Below, one piece after another: positions 1-8,529 of a stretch of DNA of 64,000 bases. The DNA lies in NCBI GenBank assembly GCA_963767925.1, contig CAVYGB010000004.1, forward strand, positions 64,001 to 128,000, in the 5' to 3' direction. Source of the DNA: an uncultured delta proteobacterium. Its GTDB lineage: Bacteria; Myxococcota_A; Polyangia; Fen-1088. Both the position numbers and the translations under genes were made by a program. Below the pieces are notes generated by a model that saw only the letters and a list, made by a program, of their open reading frames with translations, did not search any database and was not told where the DNA came from. The stretch's first letter is position 1. Every line of letters begins with the position of its first letter.

Positions 1-1063
1 CGGCGATGTCCCAGGCCACCGCCTGGTTGCTGCTGCTGCGGGGCACCGCGAAGGCCCAGCCGGAGTCCTGCACGAACCGGTGTTCGGTCCCCACCATCGG
101 GGGGACCGGGAAATAGTCGAAGCGCCAGCGGCTGCCGGGAGGGAGCTGGGACACCGTGCTGGGGACGCCCGCCGTACCGACGTAGCCCATCACGCTGAGG
201 GGCCGGGACGGGTCGCTCCAGCCGTAGCCGGTCGCCCCCGCCGCCAGGCGGGTTGTGACGTGGGTGTTGCGGTCGGGCACCAGGCCGCGCCACATGATGT
301 GGTCGACGTTCACCCAGTGCACCATGGCGGCCAGCGAGGCCTCCGCCTCGGGCGTCGTGAAGTCGAACAGCCCGGCCTCCGCCGACCAGTAGCCGCCGCC
401 CCGCTGCAGGATCTGGCTCAGGAAGATCTCGCGGGTGGCGGGGGGCCAGTCGGGATCGATGTCGAGGCCGTTGGCCATCGGGTTGCCGCTGGCGTCGTAT
501 TCGGCGAGGGCGGCCGCCTCGGTGATGAAGCTCGCCCAGTCGGACCAGCCCGGCGTGCGGTCGGGGAACTTCGCCGCGTACTTGTCGAGGTTCACCACCA
601 CGCCGCCGTATTCCAGGTTGTACTCCATCGGCAAGCCCTTGAGCTTGCCCCCGCAGGTGGAGCCCTGCAGGGGGGCGGCGTAGAACAGCTCCTGGGCCCG
701 GGTCAGCGAGGCGACGGCGGCCGGCACCTCGGCCAGGTTGTCGGCGAAGCCGCACAGGCGCGAGGGGGGGACCAGCACCAGATCGTAGGGGAATTGATCG
801 CGGGTCAGATCCCCGATCAGGGTTGAGGCCAGCGTACGAAAATCGACCGTCGTGTCGTCGATGGTGACGCCGGGGTGAGTGGCCTGGTAATCGGCGAAAA
901 AGGCTTCGTCCGCCGTGACGTAGTTGGGGTTATCGTGGCGCAGGAACTTGATCGTCACCCGGTTGGTATTGGGCCCCGCAGGGGGCGGATCGCCTTCGGA
1001 TTTGCAGGCTCCCGCCATCAGGCCGAGCCAGAGGCAGCCGACCAGGAGATCTGCCCGCATCAT
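1..1063 (-). CDS. Extracellular solute-binding lipoprotein (ABC sugar-binding, SBP_bac_1-like); 3' end lies outside the window
   Basis: Hand translation (absent from the ORF track because it is truncated): MMRADLLVGCLWLGLMAGAC (lipobox) ...GKLKGLPMEYNLEYGGVVVNLDKY...WSDWASFITEA...DSGWAFAVPRSSSNQAVAWDIA; purine-rich RBS upstream. Confidence 0.75.
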   Translation of the reverse strand, partial: MMRADLLVGCLWLGLMAGACKSEGDPPPAGPNTNRVTIKFLRHDNPNYVTADEAFFADYQATHPGVTIDDTTVDFRTLASTLIGDLTRDQFPYDLVLVPPSRLCGFADNLAEVPAAVASLTRAQELFYAAPLQGSTCGGKLKGLPMEYNLEYGGVVVNLDKYAAKFPDRTPGWSDWASFITEAAALAEYDASGNPMANGLDIDPDWPPATREIFLSQILQRGGGYWSAEAGLFDFTTPEAEASLAAMVHWVNVDHIMWRGLVPDRNTHVTTRLAAGATGYGWSDPSRPLSVMGYVGTAGVPSTVSQLPPGSRWRFDYFPVPPMVGTEHRFVQDSGWAFAVPRSSSNQAVAWDIA

Positions 1064-1162
1064 CTACGACGCCCCCCTTCCAGCGCGCGCACGGCTCTCC
1101 TCACGAGCATATAACCACCCTCATACACCCGCCTGCCTGGCGATGCCAGGGAGGACTGCCCG

Positions 1163-3373
1163 GTGAGCGGGCGGGCGCCTGTCTTCGCGTCTGTCCTGGC
1201 GCCTGTCTTGGCGCCTGTCCTGGCGCCTGTCCTGGCGCTTTTTCTCGGCACGGTCTGGCCGGCAGACGCGTCCGGCCAGAGCGAGGCGGAGAAGCTCGAG
1301 CGCATGGTCGATCAGCTCGACCTGCAGACCCTGCTCAACACGCCCATCGACGTCTGGACCCCCAGCAAGGCCCCCCAGAAGATCCACGAGGCGCCCTCGA
1401 TCATCACGACCGTGACGCGCGAGCAGATCGTCGTGTGGGGCTACCGCTCCCTGGCCGAGCTGCTGAGCCACCTGCTCGGCTTTTACGTGGTCGACGATCA
1501 CACCTCGCCCAACGTCGTGGTGCGTGGCAACTCAGGGGGCCTCTACTCCGACAGCAGCATCATCAAGGTGCTGATCAACGGGCACCCCGTCTCCTTCTCC
1601 TCGACCGGCGGGATCGGGCTCGGCCCCGAGCTGATCCCGCTGTCGGCCATCGACCGGGTGGAGGTCATCCGGGGCCCCGCCTCGGCGCTGTACGGCGCCG
1701 ACGCCTTCCTGGGCATGATCAACATCCAGACTCGGGAGCGCGAGGACGTCAGCGGCGCCACCGCCTGGCTGGCCCTCGGGCGGGCGGGCGAGCACCTGGC
1801 CAGCGACGTCGACGCGTCGCTGGGCACCCGCCGGGGCATGGTCGAGGCGCTGGTGGCCGTGCGGCGCAGCGGTCAGGATCTGTCCGGACTGGAGCTGCCC
1901 GCCAGCTCGCCAGCCCCCAACATCCCCATCTACAACCGGGGCGCGCGGAGGGCCACCGGCCTCGATCAGCGCTCCACCTCCGCCATCGCCACCTTGACCC
2001 TGCGCCCGCGCGAGACCCGGGTGCTCCGGCTGTTCGGGTACTACAGCCTCCTGGACCGGGGGGCGGAGTTCGGGTCCCTCCTGCACCTGGCCCACGGATA
2101 CAACGAGCGCAACGCTTTCTCGGAGAACCGGGTCGCGCTCTCCCAGGTGCGGGGCGGGCTGCAATATTCGGAGGACCTCACCCCGCGGCTGCGGCTGGCG
2201 CTGCGCGGCTCTTACTTCCGGGGCGGCACCCGGGACGACAACCGGCTGGAGGTGGGCAGCGAGTTTTACTACGTGCGCCGGCGCTTCGGGTTCCAGGGCG
2301 GGGATCTCGACGCCCACCTGGAGTTGTCGCCTGCCCCCAGCTGGACCTTCGCCACCGGAGCGAGCCTCCTCGTCGACAACGAGCGGTTGCCCTCCCGCAT
2401 CGCCGTGGCCAAGCGGACCATCGGCCTGGTGCGGAACGGGGAGGTGATCGAGGCGGCCAGCGTCTACCAGGGGCGCAAGACCTTCTTCAACGCGGGGGCC
2501 TACCTGCAGGCCACCTGGCGGACCGAAGGGGGCGGGCTGGGGATCACCGGCGGGCTGCGCTACGACCAGCACAACGTCTACGGCGGCCAGATCTCGCGCC
2601 GAGTGGGCCTGGTGAGCAGCCCCTTGCCCAACCTGCACGCCAAGCTCCTGCACGGCAGCGCCTTCCAGGCCCCCTCGCCCTTCCTGCTCCACGCTGTCCC
2701 ATCGGCCAGCGGCGACGTGGTGGGCAACGCCAACCTGCGCCCGCAATACGTCGACACCTTCGAGCTGCAGGTCGTATACCGGCCGCACGAGGCGATCGGC
2801 CTGTCGAGCGCGGTGGCCTACAGCCTGCTCGACGACAAGACCGAGTTCATCCAGCAGGGGATCAACAAGGTCGCGCGCAACGTGACGAGCACCGCCAGCC
2901 TGTCCTGGGAGAACCGGGTCGAGGCGACCTTGCACCGGCGGGTCAGCGCCCACCTCAGCTTCGAGCTGCAGCGGACCGTGCTCCGCAAGGTTCAGGAGGG
3001 TTACGTCGGGCAGGTTGTGGGATCGCAGGGGAGCATCTACCCGAACCTCATGTTGCACGGGGGCCTGGCCGCCCAGCTCGGCGCGCTGCCGCTGCGCCTG
3101 GCCGTGCTTGGCTCGTACGTCGGATCCCGGCGCGCCAGCGAGACGAACATCCTGCTCAACCGGGAGGCCTACACGTTGCCGCCCTATTTCGTGCTCGACG
3201 CCAACCTGGCCAGCGAGGGGTTCCAGATCCTGCGCCACAGCGAGCAGCAGGTCTCGCTCGGCCTCAGCGGCAAGAACCTGCTGGGGGCCCGCGGTCCCTA
3301 TCCCGGCTTCTCCGGCGTCGACTACCCGCTGGCCCCGCGCACGGTGCTGTTCCACCTCAACCTGTCGCTGTGA
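1163..3373 (+). CDS. TonB-dependent outer-membrane receptor
   Basis: Signal peptide; plug motifs EAPSIITTVTREQI and IDRVEVIRGPASALYGADAFLGMINI; barrel motifs GLRYD and NANLRPQ; alternating C-terminus LFHLNLSL. Confidence 0.9.
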   Translation: MSGRAPVFASVLAPVLAPVLAPVLALFLGTVWPADASGQSEAEKLERMVDQLDLQTLLNTPIDVWTPSKAPQKIHEAPSIITTVTREQIVVWGYRSLAELLSHLLGFYVVDDHTSPNVVVRGNSGGLYSDSSIIKVLINGHPVSFSSTGGIGLGPELIPLSAIDRVEVIRGPASALYGADAFLGMINIQTREREDVSGATAWLALGRAGEHLASDVDASLGTRRGMVEALVAVRRSGQDLSGLELPASSPAPNIPIYNRGARRATGLDQRSTSAIATLTLRPRETRVLRLFGYYSLLDRGAEFGSLLHLAHGYNERNAFSENRVALSQVRGGLQYSEDLTPRLRLALRGSYFRGGTRDDNRLEVGSEFYYVRRRFGFQGGDLDAHLELSPAPSWTFATGASLLVDNERLPSRIAVAKRTIGLVRNGEVIEAASVYQGRKTFFNAGAYLQATWRTEGGGLGITGGLRYDQHNVYGGQISRRVGLVSSPLPNLHAKLLHGSAFQAPSPFLLHAVPSASGDVVGNANLRPQYVDTFELQVVYRPHEAIGLSSAVAYSLLDDKTEFIQQGINKVARNVTSTASLSWENRVEATLHRRVSAHLSFELQRTVLRKVQEGYVGQVVGSQGSIYPNLMLHGGLAAQLGALPLRLAVLGSYVGSRRASETNILLNREAYTLPPYFVLDANLASEGFQILRHSEQQVSLGLSGKNLLGARGPYPGFSGVDYPLAPRTVLFHLNLSL
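1175..1234 (+). repeat. 12-bp tandem repeat (GCGCCTGTCCTG-like, x5) encoding APVL repeats in the signal peptide
   Basis: Units begin at 1175, 1187, 1199, 1211 and 1223. Confidence 0.85.
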
Positions 3374-3398
3374 TTCGAGACGAGCGGCCGGCCCTGGC

Positions 3399-4103
3399 TC
3401 AGCCGGGCGCCAGGGTGAAGGAGAAGGTCGCGCCCGCGCCCGGGGCGCCGGTGGCCCAGATCGCGCCGCCGTGGCGGCTGACCGCCCGCCGGGCGCGGGC
3501 CAGCCCCAGCCCCAGGCCGGGGTATTCGGCCGCCGGGTGCAGCCGGCAGAAGGGCTGGAACAGGCGCTCGGAGCGGGCCGGATCGAACCCCACCCCGTTG
3601 TCGGCCACGAAATACACGAGCCGGCCCGGCTCCTGCCGGGCGCCGAGCTGGATCCGGGCCGGCGCGGCGGCGCCGGTGAACTTCCAGGCGTTCGAAAGCA
3701 GGCTCTCGAGCAGCACCTGCAACAGGGGCGGGTCCCCCTGCACCGGCAAGGCGTCCGCCACCTCCACCTCGACCGGACGCCCGGGATCGCCGGCCGCCAG
3801 GTCGGCCAGCACCGGGCCGGCCAGCGCCCGCAGCTCGACCGCCTGGGGCTGCAGGGGGGCCACCGACAGGCGGGCCAGCGCCACCATGCCCTCGATCAGC
3901 TTCCCGGTCTGGCGGGCCGAGTCGCGCACCAGCCCGAGGTAACGTTCACCATTCCCCTCGAGCCGTCCGGCCAGCTCGCCGGCCAGGGCGCGCGAGAAGC
4001 CGTCGACCGCCCGCAGCGGCGCGCGCAGGTCGTGGGCCATGGCGGCGGCCAGCTCGCGCAGGTCCCGCTCCAGCTCCTCGCTGCGGCGCTGCCAGTCGGT
4101 CAT
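3399..4103 (-). CDS. Minimal histidine kinase (HisKA + HATPase only)
   Basis: MTDWQRRSEELE...AHDLRAPLRAVDGFS, LLSNAWKF, ADNGVGFD, LFQPF, GLGLGLA; ATGA overlap with the upstream gene's stop. Confidence 0.85.
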   Translation of the reverse strand: MTDWQRRSEELERDLRELAAAMAHDLRAPLRAVDGFSRALAGELAGRLEGNGERYLGLVRDSARQTGKLIEGMVALARLSVAPLQPQAVELRALAGPVLADLAAGDPGRPVEVEVADALPVQGDPPLLQVLLESLLSNAWKFTGAAAPARIQLGARQEPGRLVYFVADNGVGFDPARSERLFQPFCRLHPAAEYPGLGLGLARARRAVSRHGGAIWATGAPGAGATFSFTLAPG

Positions 4104-5782
4104 GGCTCGGGGGCGTCGGTCGCGTCCGCCCCCGCCGGCCGGGCCAGCGGCAGCTCGACGACGAAGGTCGAGCCGCGCCCGAGCTCGCTCTGCACCTGGA
4201 TGCTGCCGCCGTGGGCCTCGACCACCTGGCGGGTGATGTACAGGCCCAGGCCCAGCCCGCCGTAGTGGCGGAACGACACCGCCCGCTCGAAGGGCTGGAA
4301 GATCCGCTCGAGGTCGGCGGTCGGGATGCCGATGCCGTGGTCGGAGACGGTGAGCCGGGCCCGCTCGTCCAGCGGCTCGACCGAGACCTCGATCGGCTTG
4401 CCCGAACCGTATTTGCAGGCGTTCGACAGCAGGTTGCTGATCAGCTGGGCCATCCGCAGGGGGTCCCAGCGGCCGACGACCGGCGTGGGGGCCGACAGGC
4501 GCAGGGGGCACTCCAGCCGTCCCAGCTCGGGCCCGAACTGCTCGACCACTTCGCGGGCGGTCTGGGCCAGGTCGACCGACGACACCTCGAGGCTGATGCC
4601 CCGGGCCCGGGCCCGGGAGATGTCGAGCAGGCTGGCCACCAGCCGCGACAGCCGGTCGAGCTGACGGCGCGCCCGGGCGAAGCCGGGCGGCGGATCGGCC
4701 GGGGCGCCCGTCCCCTCGGCCGCGCGGGTCGACAGGAGCAGGGCGTTCTCCAGCTCGATCCGCAAGGTCGTCAGGGGGGTGTTCAGCTCGTGGGAGGCCA
4801 CCGAGAGGAACTCGTCGCGGGCGATGATGGCCAGCTTGGCCTGCCGGTAGAGCTGGGCGCTGTCGAGGGCCATCGCCACCCGCGCCGCCAGCTCCTGGGC
4901 GAAGCCGAGGTCCTCGGGATCGAAGGCCGCCCGGGTCGCGCTCCTCACGAGGGTGAGCGCCCCCAGCCGGCCGCTGCGCGCGTCGAGGGGAACACAGAGG
5001 CTGCTGCCGTGGCCGAGCTGGGCCGCCACCATCCGGTCGGCGCTCTCGGCCGGCGTGACGAGCGCGCTGGCCGCGTCGGTGAAGATCCCCAGGCCGGTGC
5101 GGATCACCTGGGCCGCCCCCCGCTCGCTCCGCAGGTCGAAACCCCGCCGGGCCAGGTGCTCGCGGCCGATGGCCACCAGCTCTGGCTGGGCGTGCCACAG
5201 CACCGCCCGCGGCGGCCGGGGCTCCTCGTCGAGCACGGTCAGGACGCACCAGTCGGCCACCTCCGGCACGCAGGCCCGGGCGGCCGCCTCCAGCGTCTCG
5301 TCGTGGTCCAGCGAGCCGGCCAGCCGGCGGCTGACCGCAGCCAGCAGGGCCGAGCGCTCGGCCAGCTTCTCCAGCGCGGCCAGGGCCTGCCGCCGCTCGC
5401 GCCGCAGCCCCGCCTCGCGCCGCTCGCGCTCGATGGCCGGCACCAGGCGCACGACGTTGTCCTTGAGCACGTAGTCGTGGGCCCCCGACTTCATGGTGTC
5501 GACCGCCGTCTCCTCGCCGATGGCGCCCGACACGATGATGAAGGGCAGGTCGATGGCCCGCTCCTGCATCATTTTGAGGGCGCGCAGCCCGCTCCACCCC
5601 GGCAGCAGGTAGTCGGCGATCACGACGTCCCAGCTCCCGCTCTGCAGGGCCTGGGCGAAGGCCTCGGGCGTGTCGACGCGGGTGGCTTGCGGATTCAACC
5701 CCGCACGCGCCAGCTCCAGCACCACCAGCTCGGCGTCGGCCGGTGAGTCCTCCACCAAGAGGATACGAAGCGCCCTGGCCAC
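4100..5782 (-). CDS. Hybrid sensor kinase (REC-GAF-HisKA-HATPase)
   Basis: ILLVEDS and VIADYLLP receiver; VPEVADWC...PLDARSGRLGALTL GAF domain; SVASHELNTPL; LLSNACKY; GGLGLGL. Confidence 0.9.
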   Translation of the reverse strand: MARALRILLVEDSPADAELVVLELARAGLNPQATRVDTPEAFAQALQSGSWDVVIADYLLPGWSGLRALKMMQERAIDLPFIIVSGAIGEETAVDTMKSGAHDYVLKDNVVRLVPAIERERREAGLRRERRQALAALEKLAERSALLAAVSRRLAGSLDHDETLEAAARACVPEVADWCVLTVLDEEPRPPRAVLWHAQPELVAIGREHLARRGFDLRSERGAAQVIRTGLGIFTDAASALVTPAESADRMVAAQLGHGSSLCVPLDARSGRLGALTLVRSATRAAFDPEDLGFAQELAARVAMALDSAQLYRQAKLAIIARDEFLSVASHELNTPLTTLRIELENALLLSTRAAEGTGAPADPPPGFARARRQLDRLSRLVASLLDISRARARGISLEVSSVDLAQTAREVVEQFGPELGRLECPLRLSAPTPVVGRWDPLRMAQLISNLLSNACKYGSGKPIEVSVEPLDERARLTVSDHGIGIPTADLERIFQPFERAVSFRHYGGLGLGLYITRQVVEAHGGSIQVQSELGRGSTFVVELPLARPAGADATDAPEP

Positions 5783-5903
5783 AGCCCCCCTGCCTGAAAT
5801 GCTACACGATTTTGCCCATCCTCACCCCCCCCGGAATCCAAGTATTTTCTGTGGATTGGGTGGGTCGGTCAGGGCGTATCAGATATTCTCCTACGGGCTG
5901 GTC

Positions 5904-6572
5904 GTGTCGGGACGTCGCGCTGCCGGGGCCATTGGGGGTCTCGTTCCTGCAAGGAGCCCGACAGATCCACCCGGCGCCCGCCCCCACCCCGGCCGGGCCC
6001 TTCGGCGGACCGGGGCCAGCGTCGTCGCCGCGTTCCTGGCCGCACGCCTGGCGCTGGCGCTGTTTCTGTCGCTGCTGTGGCCGCGGCCGGCAGCCGCCCA
6101 GCTCTCGCTGGGGCACCTCAAGAGCCTGTACATCGAGCGGTTCACCCGCTTCATCGACTGGCCCGCCGAGGCGCTCCCGGGCAAGGCGCCCTTCGTGCTC
6201 TGCATCCAGGGCTCGGGTGACACCGCCAGCGACCTGGCCCGGGTGGCCCCCGCGCGCGCCTTCAAGGAACGGAGCTGCCAGGTGCGCCAGCTCCGCGCCG
6301 GCACCGACCTGTCGGCCTGCCACGTCGTCTACCTGGCGAGCAGCGAGCTGCCCCGACTGCCCCAGGTGCTCGAGGCCGTCGGGAGCAAGCCGATCCTGAC
6401 CATCAGCGATACGCCAGGGTTCGGCCAGCGCGGCGTGCTCATCAACCTGTTCCAGGAGGACCGCTTCTTGCGCTTCGAGATCAACCTGCCGGCGGTCAAG
6501 CGCAGCAAGCTCGTGTTCAGCTCGCAGCTTCTGCGTCTGGCCCGCCCGGTGGGCGAGGGAGCGGCCCCGTGA
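5904..6572 (+). CDS. YfiR family (DUF4154) periplasmic protein; start uncertain
   Basis: LKSLYIERFTRFIDWP, FVLCI, CHVVYL, ILTISD, FEINLPAVKRSKLVFSSQLLRLA; signal peptide ending PAAA; GTGA overlap with the next gene. Confidence 0.8.
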   Translation: MSGRRAAGAIGGLVPARSPTDPPGARPHPGRALRRTGASVVAAFLAARLALALFLSLLWPRPAAAQLSLGHLKSLYIERFTRFIDWPAEALPGKAPFVLCIQGSGDTASDLARVAPARAFKERSCQVRQLRAGTDLSACHVVYLASSELPRLPQVLEAVGSKPILTISDTPGFGQRGVLINLFQEDRFLRFEINLPAVKRSKLVFSSQLLRLARPVGEGAAP

Positions 6573-8068
6573 CGGTCGGGCTGCGCTTCACCTCGCTGCG
6601 GTCCAAGCTGATCGCCATCGTGATGGCCACGACCTGCGTGGCCCTCCTGGTGGCGGGCGGGGCGATGGCCTTCTTCGAGGCCGACAGCCGGCGCAAGGCC
6701 CTCGGCAAGGAGATGACGACCATCGCCGCCATCCTCGGGGAGAACAGCACCGCCGCCCTCACCTTCGACAACGCCGGGGACGCCGCCCGGGTGCTGGCGG
6801 CGCTGGCCTCCCAGACCGACGTGCTGTCGGGCTGCCTGTACGGCAGCGACGGGGCGCTCTTCGCCGGCTACCGCCGCGCGGACTACGCCCGACGCTGTCC
6901 CGCCCGGATCGGTCCCGAGTCGGCCGGCTTCGCTGACGAGTCTCTGATCCTGCACGCCCCCGTCCGGCAGGGTGGGCAGACCCTCGGCACCTTGCGCCTG
7001 GTGGCCAGCCTCGAGGAGCTGCGCCGGCGCTTCACCCTGTTCGGGCTCGTGCTGATGGTCGTGCTGACCGTGTCGGCCCTGACGGCCCTCCTGCTCTCCT
7101 CGGGCCTGCAGCGCCTCGTCTCCGGCCCCATCCTGGCGCTGGCCGGCACGGCGACCCGCATCTCGGAGGAGCGCGACTACCGCCTGCGCGCGCCCCACCA
7201 CACCCAGGACGAGGTGGGGGCGGCGGTCGTCGCCTTCAACGAGATGCTCGACCGCATCCAGGAGGGGGACCTCGCGCTGCGGGAGGCGACCGAGCAGCTC
7301 CGCACCCTCAACACGACGCTCGAGCAGCGGGTGGCCGAGCGGACCGCCGCCGCCGAGCAGCGGGCCACCGAGCTCAAGCGGTCCAACGAGGAGCTCGAGC
7401 AGTTCGCCTACGTGGCCTCTCACGATCTGCAGGAGCCGCTGCGGGCGGTGGCCAGCTACACGCAGCTCCTGCGGCAACGTTTCGCCGGCAAGCTCGACGA
7501 GGACGGCGATCTCTACCTCACCCACCTCATGGCGGGGGCCGCCCGCATGCGCGCCCTCATCAACGACCTGCTCGACTACTCCCGCCTGGGGCGGCAATCG
7601 CTCGACCGCGTCGCGGTGGACACCTCCGCCCTGCTCGACACCGCCCTGGCCGACCTGCACGCCAGCCTCGAGGAGAGCGGGGCCCAGGTGACGCGGGGAC
7701 CCCTGCCGGTGGTGGAGGCCGACGCCAGCCAGCTCGGGCAGCTCCTGCGCAACCTGCTGTCGAACGCGGTCCGCTTCCGGTCGGAGGTGGCCCCCCGCAT
7801 CGACGTTCAGGCGCAGCGAGCGGAGGGGCTCTGGCGGTTCGCGGTGAAGGACAACGGCATCGGCATCGAGCGGCGATACCACGAGAAGATCTTCGTGATC
7901 TTCCAGCGCCTGCATGGTCGGGATCGACCGGGGACCGGGATCGGCCTGGCCATCTGCCGCAAGATCGTGGAGCGCCACGGGGGCAAGATCTGGGTCGAAT
8001 CCGAGCCGGGGGCGGGGGCGACCTTCTTTTTCACCTTGCCGGCCGCGCCGGCAGAAAGAATACCGTGA
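6569..8068 (+). CDS. Membrane sensor histidine kinase (periplasmic sensor-HAMP-HisKA-HATPase)
   Basis: Two TM segments; NSTAALTFD sensor; HAMP (DEVGAAVVAFNEML); FAYVASHDLQEPLR; KDNGIGI; GTGIGLAICRKIVERHGG. Confidence 0.92.
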   Translation: MTVGLRFTSLRSKLIAIVMATTCVALLVAGGAMAFFEADSRRKALGKEMTTIAAILGENSTAALTFDNAGDAARVLAALASQTDVLSGCLYGSDGALFAGYRRADYARRCPARIGPESAGFADESLILHAPVRQGGQTLGTLRLVASLEELRRRFTLFGLVLMVVLTVSALTALLLSSGLQRLVSGPILALAGTATRISEERDYRLRAPHHTQDEVGAAVVAFNEMLDRIQEGDLALREATEQLRTLNTTLEQRVAERTAAAEQRATELKRSNEELEQFAYVASHDLQEPLRAVASYTQLLRQRFAGKLDEDGDLYLTHLMAGAARMRALINDLLDYSRLGRQSLDRVAVDTSALLDTALADLHASLEESGAQVTRGPLPVVEADASQLGQLLRNLLSNAVRFRSEVAPRIDVQAQRAEGLWRFAVKDNGIGIERRYHEKIFVIFQRLHGRDRPGTGIGLAICRKIVERHGGKIWVESEPGAGATFFFTLPAAPAERIP

Positions 8069-8520
8069 GGCAGACCGACGGGGGACGACGAGCCGTGGAG
8101 ATTCTTCTGGTCGAGGACAATCCCAGCGACGTGATCTTGACCCAGATCGCGATGAAGGAATGCAAGATCGCCAACAGCCTGCGGGTCGCCTCCGATGGGG
8201 AGCAGGCCCTGCGCCTGCTACGGGGAGAGGGGGAGCTGGCCGGAACGCCGCGCCCCGATCTGATCCTGCTCGACCTCAACCTGCCGCGCATGGACGGGCG
8301 GGAGCTGCTGGCCGAGCTGAAGAAGGACGAGGCGCTGCGCACCATCCCGGTGGTGGTGCTGACCACCTCGGACGCCGAGCTCGACGTCGTGCAGAGCTAC
8401 CAGCTCCACGCCAACGCCTACATCACCAAGCCGATCGACATGGACCAGTTCGTGCGCGTGGTGCGGGCCATCGACGAGTTCTGGTTCGCCATCGTCCGCC
8501 TCCCCGCGCGGGGCCGCTGA
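8065..8520 (+). CDS. Single-domain response regulator (Rcp1-like)
   Basis: ILLVEDNPSD, PDLILLDLNLPRMDG, VLTTS, ANAYITKP, FW C-terminus; GTGA coupling to the kinase. Confidence 0.92.
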   Translation: MRQTDGGRRAVEILLVEDNPSDVILTQIAMKECKIANSLRVASDGEQALRLLRGEGELAGTPRPDLILLDLNLPRMDGRELLAELKKDEALRTIPVVVLTTSDAELDVVQSYQLHANAYITKPIDMDQFVRVVRAIDEFWFAIVRLPARGR

Positions 8521-8529
8521 CCCCGCCGG

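Noticed and set aside
1064..1162. Cobalamin riboswitch or Fur box upstream of the TonB receptor
   Set aside because: Only about 100 bp of intergenic DNA, and no recognisable motif.
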